Positions 36,562 through 48,376 of a stretch of DNA of 64,000 nt are shown here, one piece after another. The translations under genes and the position numbers were made by a program. The first letter of the stretch is position 1, and each line of letters starts with the position of its first letter. The notes below the pieces were generated by a model. It ran no database searches and was not told the origin of the DNA. It saw only the letters and a program-made list of their open reading frames with translations. This stretch comes from Psammoneis japonica. Lineage: Eukaryota. The stretch is taken from positions 124,001 through 188,000 of the forward strand of contig QPGO01000025.1 in assembly GCA_008632985.1 (NCBI GenBank), read 5' to 3'.

Positions 36562-38942
36562 TTCAAGGAGAGAAGGCGAGAGAAGATGAACTTGTCTCAG
36601 GGGGAAAACAAGAAATGCAAGAGAGAGGAAAAAAGAAAGGAGAGAGAGGAAGGATGGGCAGTGCTGATGGGAGAGGACCTGCCATTGCAGGCGGTGGCTG
36701 CAGGCAATGGAGTGGCAGCAAATGCCGAAATGGCCACCAACCAAACTGGTGTGCAAACACAATTTGAAACAAACAATAAAATCTGGACAAGCGAAAATAA
36801 AAAAAAACATTCTGCAATGCGGTTTAGATGCAAGAACGTGTGGCAATTGGGAATTTGGATTTGAAAACGACACAGCAAAGAGATGAAATGTAGGACAAGT
36901 TGGCAGAAAAGGAGGGTGGATCACAAGCAGCAACATTTGTGTTGAAACAACGAGAAACCGCAAATGTCAATTGGGGTGCAGGTCAGCATTGTGTGAAAAG
37001 AATGACCATGCTTAAAAGTGAGAAGCGATTTGGGTTTTAGAAGCTCACAAACTCACACAGTTCTCACATTGTGTTCAAGGAGAGAATTGGCTCACAAGTT
37101 AACAACAATCTGGCACCAAAGTCAAGAAATGCCCAGATTGTGGCAGACGGTCAGACCCAGATTGTTGGCGTCCCAGATGTGGCAGCGCCGCTGGAAATTC
37201 TCAAATCAACCCTGTTTGATGCAAATGAGAGAATCTGCTTGCATGTCCAGGTGATCAACAAGGCTTGAAAGCAGTTGGTGCTCATTCATCAGGACAAAGG
37301 AGAGGTGCTTCAAGATCATTGCAGCCAGTTTGTGGCTCACAAGCATTGTTGAGATGGCGGATGGGTCCTCCTGTGGCAGACTCACCCCAGAAGGAATTGC
37401 CAAGAAAGAAGATTGGTTCAGCAAGGATGCTGACAACACCTGGAAGAAAGAAAGAAGCAAGCAGTTGGCAGCACTGCTGATGGAAGGCACCAAGGAGAGG
37501 GTCAGCTGGTGGTCTTGAAAAAACTGCATCGACAGCTTGTGCTCGGGATTGACAAAGTCATCCAAAATTTGGTTGAGAAGGCATTGCATGTGTTGGACAC
37601 ATGCGGGTCCAACAAGAAGCCTCTGAGGGTGCAAGCTTTGTGCAAAATAAGAAGAGCCAGATCAAATGCTGGAAGTGCAACAAGGTTGTTGGGGGCACGC
37701 GCAAAAAAGGGCTGTCCTTTGCTCGTCAATGATGACGATGATCATTCGCGGGGGTGGAGGCAGATGATGCAGGCTGTGGGAATCAACAGAGCATTCAAAG
37801 CACCATTGGCTGACATGGTTTCCAAGTGTCATCCTCCTGTGGTCAGCACGCACGAGGCCAGTCAATTGACGGCCCATGCGAGGAAGTGTGTTGGAGCAAC
37901 ATGTTGGGGTGCGAGGTGCAGCTTTCTCGCAGGACAGACACCCAGACAACAATGCTGCAGTGAAGGATGCACTGATGATTGTTGATGATTTGGCAAATTT
38001 TTGTTCACAACTCTTGTTGAGCTGCGGGTCTTGTGCTCACTTTTCAGCTTTTGCACCTGGTTGACACAGCGCTGCGGCAACGGAGATGTGCTGTTTGAAA
38101 ACCGTGCAGCAGCGAGTTTGGGGGGATGGGTGAGACCAAGCATGTCGGCAAGCTGTGAATTTCCATCATGCCTCCCCAGCTTGTTTTACATTACACAGAG
38201 TTTGCATGATGACATTGTAAACATCATCTGTTTTCAACTTTCCTCTTGGTTGTGCACAACATGGTCTTCCAGCACATCGGAATGTTCTTGCCAACATGTT
38301 ATGTAATAATTATTATGCACGTCGAATCTATTTTATAACATGCATGAATAACACATTTCGTTATCCTGGTAGCTGTATGCAAATATTCTTTAGAAAATTC
38401 TTAGGTATTTAAATCTTCCGTTGGAAGCTCTTTGTATCAATTTTTCTACACATTCGTTTATTACTATGTGCGAAATTTTTGGGGCGCATTCCTACGAGGG
38501 CCGATAAGTAGAAATCGCGCAAGCGTTGGCGTCAGTACAAAATCACGTCAGCCACGCACGTCGCTTTCCGTTGAGCCCTCGATCCATCCAATCCGCGCCC
38601 TCAGCTCGCCCCGGGATTCCAATTCGTTGAAGAAGTTTCGAAACCATTGTGCCAATTGCAGAGAGAAGTACCCGGGATTGTTGACAGGGGATCAATGCGT
38701 GTAACGAAGAAACGCCAAGACTAGGTTGGGGAAGTGATAGTGTTGTTAAAAGTCGTTGCTGTTAAGCTTTGAGTCAATCAAGGCGCTGTCTAAGAAGGGA
38801 GCATTGGCGCACGTTCTCGAGGATCAAACATAGCCTACCGTTGTGCCTCCCACGTTGGTTCGGGTTGCGTTAAGAGACTCCGTTCAACGCATTATTTGTG
38901 GGATCTCGATTTATTGATCTTGGATAGTCAATCGTATCAACC

Positions 38943-40613
38943 ATGGCTACTACCGCACGGTCGGCTCCTAATACTCCTCAGCGCGGACGACGCCGTAGGC
39001 CGAGAAGCCGGGAACGATGCCACTCAGCATCACCTACAAATTATCGTCTCTATTATTCTCCTCGCTGTGAACAACCCGACGAGCAATTGATGACTTCGCC
39101 CAAGTCGCTCCAAACCCTCGACGGTCGTTGGCGAGAAATGTCGGTACAGGCGGGACATCACCAACAGGATGAGTCGGTGTTGCGGCTGACGAGACGCTTC
39201 TCACCGCAATCTCTCAGAGCGGGTGTTACGCCTCTGGTGGCGTCTCGTGTACGGGAATTACAATTGGAGATTGATGATGGTCTTCCAGAGTGGATGGATG
39301 CTATTTGTGAAACCTTTTTTCACCTAGAGCATTTGTACTTATCGAGTACTCCTTGTGACGGTTCCAATACGTCTCGTATGCGAAGGTTGTATGTTCTCTA
39401 TCGCTTGCCCGATTTGCTCTCAATTGATGGCAAGCTTGTCACGGAGATTGAACGAGAATTGGCACGCCCGTCTACGCCTAATGGGCAGCGGGTGCCTCGG
39501 GGAGACTGGGTGACGTTCAACTCTTTTTCGGATGACAGTGAGGTGACGCACGAATCTGCTGAGGACCATGGCGATGCGATTGAAGTGTCCCTTACAGGGG
39601 CTGTTACTCGAACACCAGCTGATGTTCCGATTGAAGAAATGGATGGGGCGTTGCGTTCTCAAACAGCATCGCCAGAGCCTCGTGCCATTGATACTCCAGA
39701 TGTGGAAAGTTGCGTGTGTGCTGGGGATGCCGCATCGTTCCTTGGGCTTGCCTTGCCTACATTTGAGAATCCATTGCAGTTGCAGGACTCACCAGAAGAG
39801 AGCCCCAGTGTAGAAAGGCCAACTACGAAACAGAGTAGACAAGGGAAGAAGCTGTCAAGCGGCGAAACAACACCAGAAAGGATTATGTCCGATGCTGTGT
39901 GCACGACTGGTTCGTTGTCACTTGCGTCACCGTTTGCCATTATGTTTCGTGGTGATGGTACCCTCGAGGAGATATTGGAGAGAAACAAGCGGGCCAGTGC
40001 CAGCTCGCAGGATCAAACTGTGACTGCTTTGCAAACAACCGTCAGTAGCGGTGCACCAAAGAGAGGGACACATGCTAGGTCTTTGTCTTCGCCGTTTCCT
40101 ATGCAGTTCCGAAAGAAGCTTGACGACGAAATCCTCGAGAAACCCGCATCTTTGACCGTTCTCAAGCCCGAAGACACCACATTATCCGAACAAGAGGAGA
40201 ATGCTACGGCTAACGTAGAAGCTGACGATCCAGAAGACCAATCTTCGGTGGAAATGTCCTTGGAGGAAAACTGTCGTGACCCCGTGCTTGATACAGTTGG
40301 ACGCGATTCTTCATCGTTGTCACGCGACGCTAGAGTCCCAACGATTCTTCAAAGAGACCCGGTTCCCACATTGGTTCGGACCGAAACAAAGTTTCCAACC
40401 ACGGCACTAGGATCGAGGCCACCGAAATGCCCATCATCGGTACGTAGGAGAATTCCAAACCAACGCAGGGTGGGAAACAGGGTGGGAAACCGCCTCGCTT
40501 GCTGGAGGAAACCCGTCCGGTCCAAGTCTATCGTGGACGACGATGAAGACGAAGAAGACACGAGCACGGACGAAGAAGACGAGACAGATGTAGCGGAACC
40601 AGAGAGTCCTTAA
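38943..40613 (+). CDS. Hypothetical protein with an LRR/LRR-cap motif and a long disordered C-terminus
   Basis: 556 aa ORF with normal composition. RRLYVLYRLPDLLSIDGKLVTEIER is an LRRcap-type motif. Acidic tail. Confidence 0.75.
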   Translation: MATTARSAPNTPQRGRRRRPRSRERCHSASPTNYRLYYSPRCEQPDEQLMTSPKSLQTLDGRWREMSVQAGHHQQDESVLRLTRRFSPQSLRAGVTPLVASRVRELQLEIDDGLPEWMDAICETFFHLEHLYLSSTPCDGSNTSRMRRLYVLYRLPDLLSIDGKLVTEIERELARPSTPNGQRVPRGDWVTFNSFSDDSEVTHESAEDHGDAIEVSLTGAVTRTPADVPIEEMDGALRSQTASPEPRAIDTPDVESCVCAGDAASFLGLALPTFENPLQLQDSPEESPSVERPTTKQSRQGKKLSSGETTPERIMSDAVCTTGSLSLASPFAIMFRGDGTLEEILERNKRASASSQDQTVTALQTTVSSGAPKRGTHARSLSSPFPMQFRKKLDDEILEKPASLTVLKPEDTTLSEQEENATANVEADDPEDQSSVEMSLEENCRDPVLDTVGRDSSSLSRDARVPTILQRDPVPTLVRTETKFPTTALGSRPPKCPSSVRRRIPNQRRVGNRVGNRLACWRKPVRSKSIVDDDEDEEDTSTDEEDETDVAEPESP

Positions 40614-40843
40614 AGTCATGCATAGCTTGTTTCGCCGTAGGCTACGGGTCGCCTATGCGTACAACTGAGCTCGTGTATGGATGCCATTTCTCACTTACTC
40701 GAGTAGATTAATTAGAATTCCCATATAAAGATAGCATCTTAGTTTATTCCGTCATTTCTACACTCTATTGCAGATACCACAACGTATACTTTAACAACTG
40801 ACTCTAATATGCTCTACTCATCAAAAATGTGTGACATTCCAAG

Positions 40844-42636
40844 CTAGGCCAGCTCAGCAAACGCCACTGGCAAGCCTTTCTTCCAAGACCCGCTTGTTCG
40901 TCTTCTCCACCACCACATGTTTCGAAGATCTACTTCAATTTCTTCCACCGTCTTGTCGCCCGTATCGGGTATGGCTAAAAAGGCAAACAAGATGCCTGCG
41001 ACAGTAATCAATCCATAGGTTGCAAAAACAACCCCTGCTCCCAGCCAAGATTGGGACGACAAGAATGTGTACGTGACAAACGATGCGCAGAGATACGTCA
41101 CAATGGTGCTGACACCCAAAGCTCGCCCTCGAATGTCGGTGGGAAAGAGCTCCGAAGTCAAAAGCCATGTGAGGGGCCCAAACGATGCGGAATACCCAAG
41201 AACAACCAACAGCACTCCAGGCAGTGCAAAGTAAACACCGCTCCCGACTTCTTCGTTGTCTGTTTCGTGCATGCCGGTGCCAAATGCAATTGTCAAAAGC
41301 AAGAGACCAAGTGAAATGACAGCCATTCCGCTCAACAGCAAGAATCGACGTCCCAGTATTCAATCTTCCAAATGACAAGAACCGTCACGACAAACTTGAC
41401 AAGCCCAATGAGGAGAGTAGATCCCAGTGTTGAATGCTTTGAGGCCAGTCCGACAGATGCAAAAATGAGAGGTGCATAGTTGAGCACCGGGGTTTGACCA
41501 CACAATTGCTGAGTGACGGAGAGCATCAAGGCAATCGCAACCTGGCGATGATATCTTTGGAAAATGTGTCGAGCCTGTTGGCAGCATTGCCCGACGTCGC
41601 GAAGAAACGAGCCAATAGGATTCGACTCCGCCTCTTTATCAATACGGCCACCTTCTCGCCCAGTCCGTGTTATTGAATCATAAGATCTGCTTCGACGGAA
41701 GACGGCCTCTTCACCAACAATTGGTATTGTCGGTGACGAGACGGACTTTTCAGGAGCTGGCGGTGCCTGCTGTTTTCGTTCCGTTTCGATGTCGAAACTC
41801 CCTTGAGGAACAATACCACCGTAAATGACACTCAGTGACTTTCGACATTCTTCAGAGCGTCCTTTGTCCTGCAGCCATACAGGACTCTCGGGCATGTAGA
41901 GCATTCCCAAGAACTGAATGATCGCAACGAAACCACTGAGACCAAACATGGCTCGCCATCCATTTTGATCGTCCATGACCGAAATGCCGTACCCTGCAAT
42001 GTACGCAAATAGAAATCCAAGCGATATGCAAGCTTCATTCACACTGACAATGGATCCTCTCCATTCTTTCGGAGCAATTTCGTGCAGATAAGAAACGTCT
42101 GCAATGCCAGACACAGACACTGCAACCCCGACAACGATTCTGCCTAGAATCAAATGATTGACTCGTGTCGACCAAAACAAAATGGCCGCCCCCAGAACAA
42201 ACAATACATCTACAATCAAAATGGTTCGCTTCCTCCCAATCAAGTCACAAACAGATCCCCCAACAGCTGCTCCAAAACCTCCACCCAAGTACAAGACGGA
42301 AACAACCGTTTCCTGTTGCCCTCGCGTCAGCTCAAAGGCATTGGCGAGCTGTGGTAGCGCGCCCGAGACTACGCCCATGTCATACCCAAACAAAATTCCT
42401 CCCAACGAGGCAATGGCTGTCGCTCGAATGACAAAGCGTGGTATAGAATGATTGGACGAATCCATGTTGACATATGCTGCAGTGTCGTCGTCGTCGGTGG
42501 TAGGTGGTGGTGGCGGCTGTGCAAGCACGTCCTCACTGCGTTCTGCCTTGGATGATTCTTCGTCTCTTGGATCCCTCGACGTTGCTGCTTGTGGCAGCAA
42601 CTCTTCGCTTTTTGACACATCTAATTGTGCTTCCAT
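40844..42636 (-). CDS. MFS sugar porter (GLUT/polyol/inositol transporter family), 1-nt frameshift at ~41353
   Basis: GGILFGYDMGVVSG, DLIGRKR, EIAPKEWRG, MPESP, QQLCG and SELFPTDIRGRA. One added base restores IEYxGRRFLLLSG and joins ORFs 41332-42636 and 40844-41341. Confidence 0.93.
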
Positions 42637-43045
42637 CTGAATTCCAAGTCACTACGGTAGCACATGACGTGGGTTCGGTGGTATTTTGCAAAACGGGGTT
42701 GTTGTGTGGCGACCTGCATCAGAAAAAGTGGTTCTTTGTCGAAAATAATGTATACAATCCGAATATATTTATACTCGGTCTTTTCGCGGGACTCGGTATG
42801 TTTGGGTCGCGCCAGTGCATTTCAAAATCTCACTCTTCTCAACGCATTCAACGTGTGCAACACATGTTGTGGTCCGTAGATGTCATCCATCATCATGTGA
42901 CTCGGTCCGATCATGTCATTTATTTGAAACTTTGCATCCGAGCAAAGATGGATCCAACGATGCGAAGAGCGCAGCGTGCTTCAAAACGAGAGCCGATTCG
43001 CTCACAAATCATAGACCGACCACACGCAAAACACAAAACGTCAAG

Positions 43046-44218
43046 ATGATAGGTCGTTGTCTAGCACTGTCGATCGCAGTCTTCCATACAGTTGGAATAT
43101 CTGCTGCAGAAGAGACGTATCACTTACCATTCGATTACAACAACGACTCTCCTACCGGTCCACTGAGATGGCAGTGGGTCAACACTACCGGCAATTCGTG
43201 GGAACAGTACATTGACCACGAATTTCACAATCTGGATCGTGCCTCCAAGAATCGGTGTCACTGGACCCGTCGTCAATCTCCCCTTAATCTCGTTGCCAAT
43301 GCCGTGTGCGAGGACACACACGAGATTTTGACGCGTAAAATCAAGGAAGACGAAGATTGTCAATTTGATTCACTGACCTTCTCCATTACGCCCCATACGC
43401 TCCGTGCCGATTTTCCCAACAGCGACGACACGTGTCTCCGTCCCGAAATTGACTTGCCCATTGGATATCCCTTTACGTGGTATGTTCATCACATTGAAAT
43501 TCATTTGCGTGCCGAACACGTCTTGGATGGACGGCGTTATGACGGTGAAATGCAAATGTATCACCTGGGACGAGAAGATCAAAAGCGTGAATTGGCGTCT
43601 GTCAATGTCTTGTTAGATGCAAGCGGATACGAGGATAACGCCAAGCTTCAACAGTATATCGATGAGTGGGAAAAGCTAGAGAGTGCCAATCAAGATCGAT
43701 GCAGCAACAATTCAACGAGGCGAACGAGTGCGTTGAAGAATGTGACGGCTACCACCATGAAGTCACCCCAGCCCATAAGAAAGCGTCGCCAATTGAGAAG
43801 CTCATCATCTTCTTCTTTGCCTCAACGTGCTCTCGACAAGGATGAGCATAAATTGTCTCGCGCCACATTGGAAAATGTCACAGAACCCATGGCGCCTCGC
43901 CGCAAAATGTTTCCCTATGACATTTGGCCGTCGATTCACTTTTATCGCTACAAGGGTTCCCTGACGGCTCCACCGTGCACCGAGTTTGTCTCGCACCGTG
44001 TCCTAGACGAACCACTGGTGATTTCCAAACGCCAATTCAAGACGCTGGCACGGCTCTTGAATAGCTATACCAATAGCGATTGCGAGAACGATTCGGCCTC
44101 GTCACCCACGGGGGAGACCTTTCGTCCCTTGCAAACTTTGAATCATGCGGAACAAAACTTGACGCATTGCACTCTAAAGGACTTTACGTATCGGCTTTAT
44201 CCATTAAATCAAGTGTAA
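43046..44218 (+). CDS. Secreted alpha-carbonic-anhydrase-like protein (zinc ligands substituted)
   Basis: Signal peptide MIGRCLALSIAV, GPLRW, RQSPLNL, AEHVLDGRRYDGEMQMYH, YRYKGSLTAPPCTE and FRPLQ. Confidence 0.9.
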   Translation: MIGRCLALSIAVFHTVGISAAEETYHLPFDYNNDSPTGPLRWQWVNTTGNSWEQYIDHEFHNLDRASKNRCHWTRRQSPLNLVANAVCEDTHEILTRKIKEDEDCQFDSLTFSITPHTLRADFPNSDDTCLRPEIDLPIGYPFTWYVHHIEIHLRAEHVLDGRRYDGEMQMYHLGREDQKRELASVNVLLDASGYEDNAKLQQYIDEWEKLESANQDRCSNNSTRRTSALKNVTATTMKSPQPIRKRRQLRSSSSSSLPQRALDKDEHKLSRATLENVTEPMAPRRKMFPYDIWPSIHFYRYKGSLTAPPCTEFVSHRVLDEPLVISKRQFKTLARLLNSYTNSDCENDSASSPTGETFRPLQTLNHAEQNLTHCTLKDFTYRLYPLNQV

Positions 44219-44693
44219 AGTGGGGAGTTGCATATTTTGTGGTGAATAATATAAGGAATATGTTACTACAAGCTAGATTGTCGTGTGCTTCCTTGTAAGT
44301 CTCATACGAACGAACCATGATTAAAGCGATCGACCGCCAATAGAACTAACCAAGAAAATAGTAGCTACATAAAGGTGGCTACAGTTCCCAAACTCTGCCT
44401 AGCTAGGCACGAAAGCTTTGAAGAAGTCAGCAGGAGAATACGTCAATATAGTATTGCGAATGGGTTGAGATCGGCTTACGGACTGCGACTTCTTCATCGC
44501 ACCATATCGTTGTTTCAAGTTGTTGCTGTGAACAATGCCGTAGCAGTAAGGACTACTACTATACTAGATTCACAACAATTTCGCTCCTCTCCAGTATTAA
44601 TTACAAGTGCAAGTCGGTGTGCGGTGAATAACAGTAAGGACTACAATACTAAACTCGATTTTACTGCGCGCGAAAATGCATCTCTGTCTTTTC

Positions 44694-46137
44694 TTACAAG
44701 TATAATCCCTCGGGAACATTTCCCTTCTTTCGATACAAGGCCTTTTCCTTTGCCTTGACAAAGTCTTCTTGACACACCTTCATGCGCCTTTCACGTAGAG
44801 CGAGCATGCCGGCTTCGGTCGCGATAGCCTGGAGGAAAAAGGAAAAGAATCATCGAGAAACAAGGCACAGTGAGCACAAACATAAGGATACACACCAGAG
44901 AACGTGTCAAACCATTCAAAAATACCTTGACATCAGCGCCACTCAAATCATCCTTTGCCATTACAAACTTCTCGAGGTCTACATCATCCGCTAGAGTCAT
45001 TTTGGCCGTGTGAATGTTGAAAATGTGACGCTTCGTCTTGGTATCGGGAAGCGGGAACTCAATCTTGCGATCAATCCGTCCGGGACGAATCAGAGCGGGA
45101 TCGAGCGATTCAATCTTGTTGGTAGCCATGATAACCTTGACATCACCGCGTTCGTCAAAGCCATCCAACTGATTGAGCAGTTCCAACATGGTTCGTTGAA
45201 TCTCGCGTGTACCGCCCGAGGATGAATCATATCGCTTGCTACCGACCGCGTCAATCTCGTCAATAAAGACAATCGTCGGACTGAGATCGTCTGCTACACG
45301 AAACAACTCTCTCACCAACTTGGGACCATCTCCAAGATACTTTTGAATCAACTCGGAACCCACCACACGCAAAAAGGTGGCGCTTGTCTGATTCGCCACC
45401 GCCTTGGCCAGCAGCGTCTTGCCGGTACCCGGTTCGCCATACAAGATCACACCCTTGGGTGGCTTGATGCCAATGTCTTGATAGAGTTCTGGATGCGCCA
45501 GAGGCAACTCGACGGCTTCCTTGATTTCTTGAATCTGATCTTCAAGGCCACCAATGTCGGCATAGGATTCGAGCGGGGCCTTTTCCACCTTCATGACGCT
45601 CACCATGGGATCCGCGTCGTCCTGTAAGATACCAACCACACTCATGGTTTTGTTATGCAACAAAACGGCACAACCGGGATCAAGCAAGTCCTGATTGACA
45701 CTGCTAAGAATATTGACATAGTATTCCGGCCCCACCGAAGAGGAGACAATGGCATGATTGTCATCAATCAATTCCTCCAAATTACCGACAGCCAGCGGCG
45801 ATCCACGCAGTTCCTCCAACTTTTCACGCTCCTCCGAATCACGCTCTTCATGAGGCTTGAAGACTTCGTGATTGCGAATGAATTCTTGTTCCATCAATAA
45901 GAAATCCTTGACGCGATCTAATTTGAGCAGACGGAGTTTGCACTTGGACGAGGGCACAATCGTCGGCGTCTTGCTGAGACCGGATGGGCCCTTGCGACGG
46001 CGGCGACGGCCCGCACGCGTCGAAGCGGGGCGGGGTTCAAAGCGCTTCTTCTTCTTTTTATCGGCGTCATCTTTTTTGTTTTTATCTCCGCCTTCGTTAT
46101 TAGGGTCTGCACCCAATCCTCCCGGAACGTTTCCCAT
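44694..46137 (-). CDS. RPT2: 26S proteasome regulatory ATPase subunit 4 (2 exons; intron 44829-44925)
   Basis: N-terminal [38 protein letters not shown] and spliced C-terminus [18 protein letters not shown]...PEGLYL. Confidence 0.97.
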
Positions 46138-46399
46138 ATTGTTGTGTTTGAATAAGTTGCAGAGTACTTGTAGAGTATGCAGTTGTCAGTTGTAGCAACA
46201 AAACAATAGAAGGGTGTAGTTGTAGTAGTTGTAAGGATTGCAGCAGCTACGAAAGTGACAAAAGACAAACAACAACAACAGCAACAACAACGTGCTGTCA
46301 ATGCGGCGACAAGCTTTTCTGGAAGGCGACGGAATGCCACCGAAAATTGAAATAATCGTATTCATTCACTACGGTTTTGGTATGTTTAGATCTTTGTTT

Positions 46400-48305
46400 G
46401 TGTGGCTGTTGTGTGAGGCCCCGTGCCCAACCAACGCGTCAACAATCCTGTGCCGGGTGTCAGCATTTGAATGGCGGCTGTTTGTTTGTTTGTTTGTTGT
46501 GGCGAACAAAAAATCAGAACCATTGCTTCAGCCATCATCAGATGAAATGGCAGTAAGTAAACAGCACTGGTTTGCAGATTGTGGCATTGGTGAATGAGAA
46601 AAATGAAGAGAGATGAGCGCCAGTCTCAACAGCCAACACAGCAGGCATTGGCAATGCCTGCCTTGAAGCCACCACCAAGGAGAAGCTGCACATTGCAGCT
46701 GGACCTGAATTTGGCAAACTCGAAGGCCACATTCTTGTCATCTACAAGGCCCTGTATGGACTGCACAGCTCCGGTCTCCGCTGGCACGAGCGCTTCGCCG
46801 ACTGCCTGCGAGCTGAAGGTTTCTTCCCCTGCCGTGCGAACCCGACATTTGGGTGCGCAGGAACGGCGACCACTGCGAACATGTTGCTGTTTATGTGGAT
46901 GACCTCGCCACTGCCATGAAGGATCCTCAATCTTTCATCGATGCCCTCACGGAAAAGTGCAAGTTCAAGCTCAAGGGCGCGGGACCGACTGAGTTCCATC
47001 TGGGCTGCGACTTCTCCCGGGATCCTGACGGCACCTTGTGTCTGTCTCCGCGCAAGCACATCGAACGCATGGTCAACAGCTGCACACAGGAGCAAAGCGA
47101 AAAGAGAGATGAGCACCAGCCAACAGCCAACAGCAGAAGCCACATGATTTTCAGCTGGGGAGTTGCTTGACTCTTTCTTCAAGTCAAGCCAGGGCATGGA
47201 GAGGATCTGCCACTCCTCAAACTCTGCCAGGGATCCTTGGTTTCATTTCACTCCCTTGCAACTGAGTGAGGAAGGGCCGAGCCGTTGACTTTCTGTGCAG
47301 TTTTGATGAGCTGGTGCTGCTTGTTGGTGTGCGAGGCTTGGCAAAAACATGTTCAGGATTTGGCCCTTGGCAAAAAATGTGCTCCCACATGGAGAGAGGA
47401 TGGCAGGGTGGTGGCGTTGCTGGGCAATTGTGCACAAGCACAAAAATGAAGCACAGGCAGAGAGACAGATGAGCTGGGTTGAAAACCTCCAGATCAGGTC
47501 AATTTTGGATCCTTGCCAGATTTGATGCTGTTTTTGGTCATGTTGAAAATCAAAGTGGTGCTGGGCATTTTGACATTCTTGCAAAGAATGTCAGGGGGAA
47601 AAAGTTGGCAAAGCTCCAAGAGATTGTCTGTCACACACTTGCTTGCTGCACCAGTCAGCATGGGCCCAGCACAATTGGTGCAGCATCCAATGCATGTGAG
47701 TGACATGCATCATGCATGGAGCACAAAATGGCTTCATTTAAAAGATGATGCAATGTGCGCATCAAATGTCAGAGCACATGAGATGCACACACTGAGTGTG
47801 CAGCCCATTTGCCAAAGAACAAAAAGAAGTTGCCACCTGCAGTGTGTGTGGCTGTCCATCATGGAAAAATGCTTGGTGTTGAAATGGCCAATCAAAAACA
47901 AGAGGGCAGGTGTCATCCTGCCAGAAAGAGTGACACAATGGAGCAGTGTTCTGTGGCCATGATGATGATGAACAGGTGCCATGGTTTGGTTGGGATGGCA
48001 GGAAAACAAACAGAATTTCATTGCATGACATCCAATGGATCAACTCTTTTCAAATCTTTCGGGGTGCAACACCAACGTTCAGTGTGGAGGTTGGCACCGG
48101 CTGATCCAATGTCACTGGAACGCAGGCAGCAGACAGGATGCACATGAAAATCACATGCAGCTTCCAACTGCAGGCACACGCGGTTCCAGCGTTTGCCCAG
48201 ACATCCCACATTGCACATGGCCTTCATTCCATGATGCTGGCATTGTGATGTGCTGTTCCATTTCTGCTGTTCCGTTTCCATGTCTTTGAAGCCACTGTCA
48301 CATGT
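46400..48305. other. TpA-depleted repeat domain 4
   Basis: TA-poor intergenic block between RPT2 and PCCA containing a Copia fragment. Confidence 0.85.
46641..47085 (+). mobile_element. Ty1/Copia (CoDi-like) reverse transcriptase fragment
   Basis: IGNACLEATTKEK..AGPEFG...YKALYGLHSSG..W...(frameshift)..PDIWVR...VAVYVDDL...FHLGCDF...KHIERM. Confidence 0.92.
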
Positions 48306-48376
48306 CGGTTAAATCAATCCTAAAAAACTTATTTACATTACACATCTAATCTAAAACACGCCACAATGTTTCTTCA

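Larger units (their letters stand above)
27130..38295. other. TpA-depleted repeat domain 3 (large decayed DNA-transposon-like region with cargo genes)
   Basis: TA is nearly absent while CpG is partly retained. Contains several decayed ORFs and short tandem repeats. Confidence 0.88.

Noticed and set aside
42815..43045. N-terminal extensions of the CA ORF (and of the AAA ORF to 60955 and the carrier ORF to 50877)
   Set aside because: These rely on non-ATG or upstream non-coding starts. Downstream ATGs give more plausible N-termini.
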